Shown: one piece after another, positions 9,112-16,133 of the stretch
Layout: each line of letters starts with the position of its first letter
Position numbering within the stretch: the first letter of the stretch is position 1
Source of the DNA: Candidatus Velthaea sp.
GTDB lineage: Bacteria > Vulcanimicrobiota > Vulcanimicrobiia > Vulcanimicrobiales > Vulcanimicrobiaceae
DNA length: 36,205 bases
Assembly (NCBI GenBank): GCA_050012475.1
Contig: JBEKHC010000050.1
Location: 1 to 36,205, forward strand
Reading direction: 5' to 3'
The notes under the pieces: generated by a model
What the model saw: the letters and a program-made list of their open reading frames with translations, nothing else
What the model was told of the DNA's origin: nothing
The model's database searches: none
Position numbers and translations under genes: made by a program

Positions 9112-9956
9112 ATCGAATTGCCTGGGGACTCGTCGCGCTTCACGCCCTCGCGCTCACGCTCGGACTCTTCGGCTTGCTCGTCGCGATCCCGCATCCGGAA
9201 ATTTGGGCCGGACAACCCGCCGATTTAGCGTTCTTCGCCTTCGCGCTCAACAAAACGGGCGGCTTGGGGATGATCCTGGGCGCGCTGGCGATGCTCGCGT
9301 TCGGCTTCGCCCGGCTGGGGGCGCGCCGAACGCTGATCTTCTTGTGCGCCGCGTGTCTGATCTCGGCCGCCGCCGAACTCACCGGAACCAAGACGGGCTG
9401 GCCGTTCGGCGGCTACGAATATACGAATTTTCTGGGTTACAAGCTGCTCGGGCGCGTTCCGTTCGCGATCCCGCTGTCGTGGTTCTACATGGGCTTTGCC
9501 GCGCTGCTGCTGGCCGATGCGATTGCCGCGGCGCGCGGCTGGAGCCATCGCACGACCTGGTCGATCCTCCTGGGCACCTATCTGCTTACGGTGTGGGATC
9601 TCGTGCTCGACCCGTCGATGGCCGCGCCGCAACTGCAATACATCCACTTTTGGGTGTGGCACGAGCACGGGCCCTATTTCGGCATGCCGCTGCGCAATTT
9701 GGGCGGCTGGCTGGGCACCGGGCTTCTGTTCATCGCGGTCGGACGGCTGCTGTGGCGCGAGCGCGTCGCGCCCGTCGTTCCGGCGGCGCTCCCGTTCGCG
9801 GTGTATGCGATCAACATCGGGTGGTCGATGATCCTGAGCGTCTCGGCGGGGATGTGGCCGACCGCGATCGCGGCCGTCATCTTCAGCCTCGCGCCGGCCG
9901 CGCTCGCCGTCGTTCCGCTTTCTCCGGTTCGCGATCGCCGCCTCGCCGAGGCGTGA
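9108..9956 (+). CDS. cruF: Carotenoid 1',2'-hydratase (CruF family membrane protein)
   Basis: GTG 9108 with GTGA overlap. Multi-TM protein with AELTGTKTGWPFGGYEY, LGYKLLGRVPFAIPLSWFYMG, WDLVLDPSM and FWVW...GPYFGMPLRNLGGW, typical of the CruF carotenoid biosynthesis family. Confidence 0.82.
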   Translation: MNRIAWGLVALHALALTLGLFGLLVAIPHPEIWAGQPADLAFFAFALNKTGGLGMILGALAMLAFGFARLGARRTLIFLCAACLISAAAELTGTKTGWPFGGYEYTNFLGYKLLGRVPFAIPLSWFYMGFAALLLADAIAAARGWSHRTTWSILLGTYLLTVWDLVLDPSMAAPQLQYIHFWVWHEHGPYFGMPLRNLGGWLGTGLLFIAVGRLLWRERVAPVVPAALPFAVYAINIGWSMILSVSAGMWPTAIAAVIFSLAPAALAVVPLSPVRDRRLAEA

Positions 9957-10684
9957 AGCTGTACCCGCCGCCAGGCCAGCTCGGCCCGCGCGCGATCGCC
10001 GAATGGGGGCTGCGCACGCAAACGGCGAGCGTCGTGGTCGATGGCCGCGAGCATGTGCCGGCGCGCGGGCCGGTCATGCTCGTGGCGCGCCATTTCCACC
10101 ATTTGCTCGACGGCGCCGTGCTCGTCACCCGCATCGCGCGGCCGATCCACATCGTCGTCGGGCTCGACTGGGCCGCGACGCCGCGTCAACGCGTCTGGAT
10201 GGAGCGCATGTGCCGCGCCGCCGAGTATCCGATCGTGCTGCGCCGCCCGACGCTCGACGGCAGCAGCGTCTATCGGCGCGACGAGTTGGTCCGCTACACG
10301 CGCGCGGCGCTGCGCGAAACGACCCGGCTGCTCCGCGCGGGACGCGTCGTCCTGGTCTTCCCGGAAGGGTATCCGAACGTCGATCCGAGCGGTTCGCGCA
10401 AGCGCGACGGCGCTGACTGGCTGCCGTTCGAGCCGGGTTTTCTCAAGATGATCGCGCTCGCCGAACGCGACGGCGGCGCCGAGGTGACCGTGCTGCCGGT
10501 CGGGTTTCGGTACGAGCGCGCCGCCCGCTGGTCGATTCACGCCCGGATCGGATGGCCGTTGGGGCGCGAAGAACGTGACCTCGCCGCCATCGAGGCGTCC
10601 GTACGCCGGCTGTCGTTCGCGCCGGCCGGCGCGGCCGGGGCCGGCCTCGACGGCCCGGTGTTCGCCGCGTCGCGTGTTCGCTGA
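9953..10684 (+). CDS. PlsC-like acyltransferase (candidate carotenoid-glycoside acyltransferase)
   Basis: GTG 9953 with GTGA overlap. GREHVPARGPVMLVARHFHHLLDG (HxxxxD-type motif) and VLVFPEG. Confidence 0.8.
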   Translation: MKLYPPPGQLGPRAIAEWGLRTQTASVVVDGREHVPARGPVMLVARHFHHLLDGAVLVTRIARPIHIVVGLDWAATPRQRVWMERMCRAAEYPIVLRRPTLDGSSVYRRDELVRYTRAALRETTRLLRAGRVVLVFPEGYPNVDPSGSRKRDGADWLPFEPGFLKMIALAERDGGAEVTVLPVGFRYERAARWSIHARIGWPLGREERDLAAIEASVRRLSFAPAGAAGAGLDGPVFAASRVR

Positions 10685-10711
10685 CCCGGGAACGGGTACG
10701 TTTCGCGTATC

Positions 10712-11305
10712 ATGAACGACTTCGGGCTACTCATCTCGCGGTTCGCGCTAGGCGCGGGGATGGCCGCACATGGTGCGCAGAAAGCGTTCGGCGCCTTCGA
10801 CGGACCCGGTCCGCAGGGCGCTGCGCAATTCTTGCAGAGCTTGGGCTTCGAGCCCGGAGAGCGCTTCGCGACCGCCGCCGCCTGGACCGAATTGGGCAGC
10901 GGCACGTTGATCGCTTTGGGGCTGGGCGGCCCGATCGGGCCGGCGGCCCTCATGGCGACGATGCTGGTCGCTCAGACCAGCGTGCACGCCAAAAACGGCT
11001 TCTTCAGCCAAAAGAACGGCGTCGAACTGGGGGTCGTCTACTCGGCGGGTGCGTTGGCGTTGGCGTCGGGCGGCTTCGGCCGCTTCTCGCTCGATGAGGC
11101 GTTCGGTTGGCAGAAGCTGCGCGCGCCCTGGCTTTCGGCGTTGGCGGTCGCGGGCGGGATCGCGGCGGGGTGCTTGATTCTTGCGCAGCGCACCCCGCCG
11201 CCGCCGGCTTCCGCCGTCGCCGATCCGGCCGCGGCGCTGACCGAAATGCAAGAGCGGCTGACTGCCGCTTTGGAGGATCGGCCGGTCTCGGCCGACGCGC
11301 CGTGA
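10712..11305 (+). CDS. DoxX family membrane protein
   Basis: LLISRFALGAGMAAHGAQKAFGAFDGPG, TELGSGTLIALGL, VHAKNGFF...GVEL and GFGRFSLD. Confidence 0.9.
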   Translation: MNDFGLLISRFALGAGMAAHGAQKAFGAFDGPGPQGAAQFLQSLGFEPGERFATAAAWTELGSGTLIALGLGGPIGPAALMATMLVAQTSVHAKNGFFSQKNGVELGVVYSAGALALASGGFGRFSLDEAFGWQKLRAPWLSALAVAGGIAAGCLILAQRTPPPPASAVADPAAALTEMQERLTAALEDRPVSADAP

Positions 11306-11313
11306 CGCGCCGT

Positions 11314-11357
11314 AAGAAAAAACAAGGCCCGTCTCCGGAGAGACGGGCCGTTTTGTT
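11314..11357. terminator. Bidirectional intrinsic terminator
   Basis: 10-bp stem GGCCCGTCTC-CGGA-GAGACGGGCC (11326-11349) flanked by an A-tract (AAGAAAAAACAA) and a T-tract (GTTTTGTT), between convergent genes. Confidence 0.9.
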
Positions 11358-11371
11358 AGGCTCGTTCGAGC

Positions 11372-11713
11372 TTAGCGATACGACTGGCGCGACGCAAAGC
11401 AGTCGCGGCAGTACACGGGCTTGTCGCCGCGCGGTTGGAACGGCACTTGGGCCACACCACCGCACTGGCTGCAAGTCGCGTTGAACATCTCGCGCTGAGG
11501 ACGCGCGCCGCCGGCTCCACCGAAGCCGCCGCCGCCGCTGTAGCTCGAACCGCCGCCACCGCCGGCGCGCTGAGCCTTGCGGGCTGAGCGGCAGTCGGGA
11601 CAGCGATTGGGTTTGTTCGTGAAGCCCTTCGAGGCAAAGAACTCTTGCTCGCCGGCGCTAAACGTGAAAGCTGCGTTGCAGTCAACGCAATTGAGGGTTT
11701 CGTCAGTGTACAT
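11372..11713 (-). CDS. Zinc-ribbon protein (zf-trcl plus CxxC-x17-CxxC domain) with Gly-rich linker
   Basis: MYTDETLNCVDC...FTFSAGEQEFFASKGF...PNRCPDCR, a Gly-rich linker, then REMFNATCSQCG...VPFQPRGDKPVYCRDCF. GGAG SD 5 nt upstream. Confidence 0.92.
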   Translation of the reverse strand: MYTDETLNCVDCNAAFTFSAGEQEFFASKGFTNKPNRCPDCRSARKAQRAGGGGGSSYSGGGGFGGAGGARPQREMFNATCSQCGGVAQVPFQPRGDKPVYCRDCFASRQSYR

Positions 11714-11873
11714 CTGTACTCCAGAATCAGGATTTACTTAAGGCGTCTGTTGACTCACTTCGCTAGACCTGAACCCTGGAGCTGAAGACGGATCTTCCAA
11801 AACCTCTGAGCGGACCGCTAATGACTCCGGTCCTCACGACGCCTGGCGGGGTCCGGTATCATGGTTTATAACA
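11714..11873 (-). promoter_or_regulatory. Extended -10 promoter and long structured 5' leader of the zinc-ribbon gene
   Basis: Minus-strand TGtTATAAA at 11865-11873. The leader holds two small hairpins (11812-11833, 11784-11797), an anti-SD segment (11768-11781) complementary to the SD region (11719-11731), and a long-range AGGCGTC/GACGCCT pair. Confidence 0.55.
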
Positions 11874-12258
11874 CATTTCGCGAAGAAAAGATGCAATCTT
11901 GATGCACTCCTCTCGAGATTTTACTTCTGCTGCCCCTCGATTGCTTCAGCTTTCCCGCCGGCTGCCCCGTATCCAGGAGCAAGCCAACTGCGAAACGCGC
12001 CGCTCGACAGAGCTTGCGGTTGGTGAACCGTCTGATGTCGATCGCGAATGGTTGGCGTGCCACGCGCTTGGTTCAACGAGGCGCCGGCCTCGCGCTCGAA
12101 CGACGGCGAAACAGCAAAGTGACAACCGTCTGGCATAGCGGACGTCTAGCGTTGCCGATATGAGAAATTTGCGCCAGGGCGCCAGCGATTGGGCCAGCAC
12201 CACTTCCCCTCGCCGAAGGCGCGCGCTCACGCGGCGCGACGAACGAACGGCGTGAGCG

Positions 12259-12813
12259 ATGGATCGGCTGGAACAAGCGAAATCGCGGCCTGCCGTCATC
12301 GAAGGCGCATTGCGCTCGGCCCTGCGCGATGCTATCGCGTGGCGGATCGGCGGCGGCCGGCCGCCGAGTCCCGAGGCGTTCGCCGGCGCCGCGATCGCGT
12401 CGGCGCGAAGTACTCTGGACGCGCTCGACAGCGGCAGCGACGAACGATCGCGCACGCTCGCTGCGGCCCGCCGCGTGGCGCAGCGCTTCACCGCCTCGGC
12501 GTTGTACCGGCGCCTCATGCAGGTGCCGACGGCCCGGTTCTTGCGCCTCGACCGCAGCGCGCACCGCGCCGATGCGATCGTTCGCGATCGAAGGCAGCGG
12601 CTGCACGCGATCGTGTTGACGGTTCGGCACGATGCCTTTGACGCCGGCCGACTCGCTTCGCAGATCGCCCGGGCGACGCCACTTTCCGCGAGCGATCGGC
12701 TGAACCGCTTGACGGTCCACGTCTTCTCGTTGCGGACGGCCCAGCGGTTCACGTTCGAGCGCGATGTGTGCCCGCTGGCGGCTAAACCCGACTCGACCGC
12801 TCGCGTTGCATGA
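12259..12813 (+). CDS. Hypothetical protein (possibly a degenerate PD-(D/E)XK-like fold)
   Basis: Protein-like composition, occupies an otherwise empty slot co-oriented with the next two genes. The RADAIVRD...LHAIVLT...Q...LTVHVFSL pattern only loosely resembles RecB-type nuclease domains. Confidence 0.55.
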   Translation: MDRLEQAKSRPAVIEGALRSALRDAIAWRIGGGRPPSPEAFAGAAIASARSTLDALDSGSDERSRTLAAARRVAQRFTASALYRRLMQVPTARFLRLDRSAHRADAIVRDRRQRLHAIVLTVRHDAFDAGRLASQIARATPLSASDRLNRLTVHVFSLRTAQRFTFERDVCPLAAKPDSTARVA

Positions 12814-12885
12814 TCGCGCGAGAACAGCCACGGACTTGCCCGCCCAGGGCAACGTCGTGATCGAGGCGCGCAAAGGAGTTCCCGC

Positions 12886-13755
12886 ATGCCCGATCCCGCG
12901 ATCACGTTCGGCCCGCTGCGCAGCAGCGAGCCGACGCCGCAGCCGCGCGGCCCACACGCCGGCGGCGCCGCAACAGCACGCACCGCCGGCGTCCGCGGCG
13001 ACGCGATCGCGCGCGAGACGCCGCGCGCTCCGAGCTTGCGCGATGTGGCGCAAACCGGCGGCAATGCTTCGGCGGCGAGCGATCCGGCACGGCGCTCGGC
13101 GCTCGTCAGCGCCTTGGTCGCGCACGTCCCGGCGGCCGATCGGCCAGCCGCAAAGACGGCAGTTCCAGCGATCCTCGACGCCGCGCGACGCAGCGGCACG
13201 ACCGATCCCAATCGCCTGGGCTATCTGCTGGCGACGGCGCAGACCGAGTCGGACTTCGGAGCGAACATGACCGAGAGCGGGCACAGCAAGGCGTGGTTCA
13301 ACGCAACCTATGGCGGCGAAGACGGCAATCGCCCGGGTACGAGCGACGGGTACGAGTACCGCGGGCGCGGCTACGTGCAAACCACGCGCGCCGGCCGCTA
13401 CGCGGAGCTTTCTCACTCGCTGGGTTTGCCCGACGTCGTCAGCCGCGACCGCGGAAAAGCAACGCCCGAAGCGGCCCTCGTAGCCCATCCCGAACGGCTG
13501 GAACAGCCCGAGCTTGCCGCCCGAGCGCTCGTCGTCGGCGTAACGAAAAACCTCTTCACGCATAATCCCGCGGCCGCGCTCGATCGAACGATCCCGACAG
13601 GCCACAAGCCGGGCGACGCCGATTTCTATCACGCGCGCGGCATCGTCAACGGCATCGTCAAAGACCAGGCGGCGGCGATCGCCGAGCATGCGACGGTGTA
13701 CGCTCAGATCCTCGCAGGCTACCGCCAATCGGTGCTCGGCGAGAAACCGCGATGA
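12886..13755 (+). CDS. GH19-family lysozyme/chitinase-like peptidoglycan hydrolase with disordered N-terminus
   Basis: AAAGGAG SD. LGYLLATAQTES (catalytic Glu position), GN...DGYEYRGRGYVQTT, LVAHPERL and DFYHARGIVNG match GH19 endolysin-type enzymes. No signal peptide. Confidence 0.82.
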   Translation: MPDPAITFGPLRSSEPTPQPRGPHAGGAATARTAGVRGDAIARETPRAPSLRDVAQTGGNASAASDPARRSALVSALVAHVPAADRPAAKTAVPAILDAARRSGTTDPNRLGYLLATAQTESDFGANMTESGHSKAWFNATYGGEDGNRPGTSDGYEYRGRGYVQTTRAGRYAELSHSLGLPDVVSRDRGKATPEAALVAHPERLEQPELAARALVVGVTKNLFTHNPAAALDRTIPTGHKPGDADFYHARGIVNGIVKDQAAAIAEHATVYAQILAGYRQSVLGEKPR

Positions 13756-14255
13756 GGCGCATCGTTCTTTGCCTCGCCGCCATCGCAGCGATGCTGGCTC
13801 GGCCCGAGTGTGCACCGGCAAGCAGTCCTGCGATCGACAGCAGCGCTCGAACCGCTTTGCGTGCCAGCGGCGTGCCGGTTCTGCTTCCGTCGCCGCTGCC
13901 GCGAGCGATCGGAACGATCCGATCCGTTGCGGTCGTGAACGCCGGGCGCGGCGGATACTATGTCGGCTATTCGCCGCTGGCGCACTGCGCGGGGGCTTTG
14001 GCGTGTGCGTTCTTCCACGTTGCCGGCTTTGCGGCTCCAGCTCGCCTCGAACCGCTCGCGCACGACCGGCCGGTGCTTCTTTTCGACGGCACGCACGCCG
14101 TATTTCGCGCCAAAGACTGTTCGGGCAGCAGCTGCACCGAAGCGTCGTTACTGTTCGAGCGCCGCGGGTCGCTTTACGAAATCGACGCAAAGGTTCCCGC
14201 GGGCGATCTCACCGTGCTCGTCAGCGCCTATCGAACGCTGCACGTCGTCCGTTAG
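13752..14255 (+). CDS. Exported Cys-rich hypothetical protein (candidate immunity protein)
   Basis: ATGA overlap with the GH19 gene, signal peptide MRRIVLCLAAIAAMLA, VPVLLPSPLP, and two Cys pairs (CAGALAC, CSGSSC). Confidence 0.75.
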   Translation: MRRIVLCLAAIAAMLARPECAPASSPAIDSSARTALRASGVPVLLPSPLPRAIGTIRSVAVVNAGRGGYYVGYSPLAHCAGALACAFFHVAGFAAPARLEPLAHDRPVLLFDGTHAVFRAKDCSGSSCTEASLLFERRGSLYEIDAKVPAGDLTVLVSAYRTLHVVR

Positions 14256-14344
14256 CGAACGCGGGCGGCGTCGATGCCGCCGGCGGCGCTCAGCGGACCG
14301 AGCGCCGCTCGAGCGGGGCCGAACCGCGTGCGAGCGCCGCCCAT

Positions 14345-15130
14345 TCAGGCACGGTGTTTAAGGCGCAGGCTTTCCCATGTCGCATCGCTCGTCCAACCGC
14401 CGTCGACGACGATGGTTTGTCCATTCACGAAACCACTCGTGGCGCTCTTGCTCAAGAACAGAATGGCTTGCGCGATGTCGTCCGGTGAAGCGAACCGCGC
14501 CATCGGGACGCGATTGATGATGTCGGCGTCCCGATAGCTGCCGCCGGACTGATCCGCGGCGTCCATCTCGGTCTTCACCCAGCCGGGACAGACGGCGTTA
14601 CAGCGCACGCCGAAACCGCCCCATTCGGCGGCCAGCGTCCGCGTGACGCCGATCAGAGCGTGTTTGCTCGCGTTGTACGCCGCCCGATCGGCTACGGCGA
14701 ACAAACCGGCGATCGAAGCGACGTTGACGATGCTGCCCGATCCTTGCGTCAGCATCAGCTTGCCGAACGCCTGCGCGAGCAGAAACGGCACGACGAGATT
14801 GACTTCCAGGACACGCCGGAGTTCGTCGACCGTCGTCTCCTGGGCCCCTCGAATCAGACTGATGCCGGCGTTGTTGACCAGGACGTCGATCCGGCCAAGC
14901 CGCGACTGCACCAGCGCCACGAGCCGGTCCAGCGTCTGGGCATCGGTGAGGTCGCCGACCGCTTCGAGCGCGTGGCCGGCGCGGCTTTCGATGCTCTCTC
15001 GCGTCGCGCGCGGCGCATTGACGTCGCTCAGCACGACCGTGTACCCGTCGGCCGCCAACACCTCCGCGGTCCGCCGTCCGATGCCTTGCGCGGCGCCGGT
15101 GACGACCGCGACCAGAGCGGACGCGTTCAT
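14345..15130 (-). CDS. Short-chain dehydrogenase/reductase (SDR)
   Basis: VAVVTGAAQGIG, LVNNAG, IVNVAS, YNASK, CNAVCPGWVKT and VDGG. Start is 15130 or 15145. Confidence 0.95.
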   Translation of the reverse strand: MNASALVAVVTGAAQGIGRRTAEVLAADGYTVVLSDVNAPRATRESIESRAGHALEAVGDLTDAQTLDRLVALVQSRLGRIDVLVNNAGISLIRGAQETTVDELRRVLEVNLVVPFLLAQAFGKLMLTQGSGSIVNVASIAGLFAVADRAAYNASKHALIGVTRTLAAEWGGFGVRCNAVCPGWVKTEMDAADQSGGSYRDADIINRVPMARFASPDDIAQAILFLSKSATSGFVNGQTIVVDGGWTSDATWESLRLKHRA

Positions 15131-15193
15131 TCGATCGATTCCCATCGCTGCATGCCCTGCGGCTTCCGCACGCGCCGCGGGGGCTCCCAGCAA

Positions 15194-15287
15194 GGATTCG
15201 CGGCGCCGAATGCGCCGCGAATCCATGGCGTTCGGGCCTTCGGCCCGAGCCGCGCGTGGCGTTTGCGCTGCGTGCGCGAAGCGCCGG
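15194..15287. repeat. REP/BIME-like palindromic element, family A copy 2
   Basis: GGATTCGCGGCGC-CGAAT-GCGCCGCGAATCC (15194-15224), followed by ATGGCGTT-CGGGCCTTCGGCCCG-AGCCG and GTGGCGTT-TGCGC modules, as in 5764-5845. Confidence 0.8.
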
Positions 15288-15329
15288 TGTTAGGAGCGGC
15301 GCGTTCTGCCGCCGTCGAATCGAACCCGC

Positions 15330-16043
15330 GTGGACACAGCACCCGCCGGCCGCCGCGAAGAGTCCGTAGCGGTGGCCGCGAGCGCCGCCGATGTGAGCAC
15401 GGCGGAAGCGAACTCGACCGAACGCATCTTGGCGGACGTCCTCGAGCGGCTCCGCCGGCGTCAAGCCGAGCGTCCGTGGCTGATGGGACTCACGTCGCTG
15501 GGTCTCGCAAACGCGCTGAGTTTGCCCGAACCCGCGCTCATCCGCATTTTGGCGCCATTCGTCGGCAGCGCCCGGTTAGCGCTGCGCAGCGGCTACTATT
15601 CGACGCCGGATTTCTCGCCGCGGCTCAACGTCGAACAGCAGGCCTTTTTCGATGCGGCGTTCGCCGCGGAAGCTGGTTGTGCACCGATGCCGCAAGGCTT
15701 TACCGACCTCCGCCTGCGCATCAAGAGCAGTCCCGTTCCCGAGTTGCGCCAGGCCTTTGAGACCCTCATCGCCAGCGGCGCACTCTCCAAGGTTGGCGAT
15801 TTCGTCTATCTTGGTTCGCATCTGGCGGCGATTCGAGCACAGCTCGAAACCGCGCTCGAACGCCAGCCCGGCCTCACCGTCGCGCAATTTCGAACGCTGA
15901 TCGGCACCTCACGCAAATTTGCCGTTCCGTTGCTCGAGTTCTTCGATGCGACCGGAGTGACGCTGCGCAACGGCGACGAACGCGTGTTGCGCCCGAGCGC
16001 GCCCAAAATGGAGATCGCGGCCGAAGACTCAGAGATGCTCTGA
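15330..16043 (+). CDS. Stand-alone SelB C-terminal winged-helix (SECIS-binding-type) domain protein
   Basis: C-terminal LTVAQFRTLIGTSRKFAVPLLEFFDATGVTLRNGDERVLR is the SelB last-winged-helix signature. No GTPase domain: an in-frame TAG at 15291-15293 precludes it. Start uncertain (GTG 15330, 15372 or 15393). Confidence 0.78.
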   Translation: MDTAPAGRREESVAVAASAADVSTAEANSTERILADVLERLRRRQAERPWLMGLTSLGLANALSLPEPALIRILAPFVGSARLALRSGYYSTPDFSPRLNVEQQAFFDAAFAAEAGCAPMPQGFTDLRLRIKSSPVPELRQAFETLIASGALSKVGDFVYLGSHLAAIRAQLETALERQPGLTVAQFRTLIGTSRKFAVPLLEFFDATGVTLRNGDERVLRPSAPKMEIAAEDSEML

Positions 16044-16133
16044 TTTCGTCCTGGCGAAGAGCACAGCGGCGAAGTTTGCTTCAGCAAATGAGGCGCGCAG
16101 CGACGACGTCCAGCGCTAAGTCGGAGCGTCCCT
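16031..16133. repeat. Structured ~100-nt hairpin repeat, family B copy 1
   Basis: Core ATTTCGTCYTGGCGARGAGC...GCGGCGAAGTTTGC-N4-GCAAATGAG...GCGCAGCGACGA is shared with 24217-24422. The ends pair (GATGCTCTGATTT / AAGTCGGAGCGTC). It overlaps the stops of both flanking convergent genes. Confidence 0.85.

Noticed and set aside
11900..12250. Possible ncRNA or small ORFs (11899..12138, 11921..12136) in the gap
   Set aside because: No recognisable RNA family, convincing SD/start or protein-like composition. Left unexplained.
12886..13755. GH19 gene as evidence of a prophage
   Set aside because: No holin, spanin, structural, integrase or att features nearby.
12073..14190. 705-aa minus-strand ORF and other long antisense ORFs (e.g. 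31218..32837, 4745..6343)
   Set aside because: Antisense shadows of real high-GC genes, Arg/Ala-rich and without motifs.
14262..14312. GC hairpins between the exported-protein gene and the SDR as a terminator or repeat
   Set aside because: Short stems are expected at this GC content, there is no U-tract, and no second copy was seen.
16041..16091. UGA of the SelB-like gene followed by a hairpin as a selenocysteine read-through (SECIS) site
   Set aside because: Read-through adds only about 15 residues before another TGA, and the hairpin belongs to a repeat that also occurs elsewhere.
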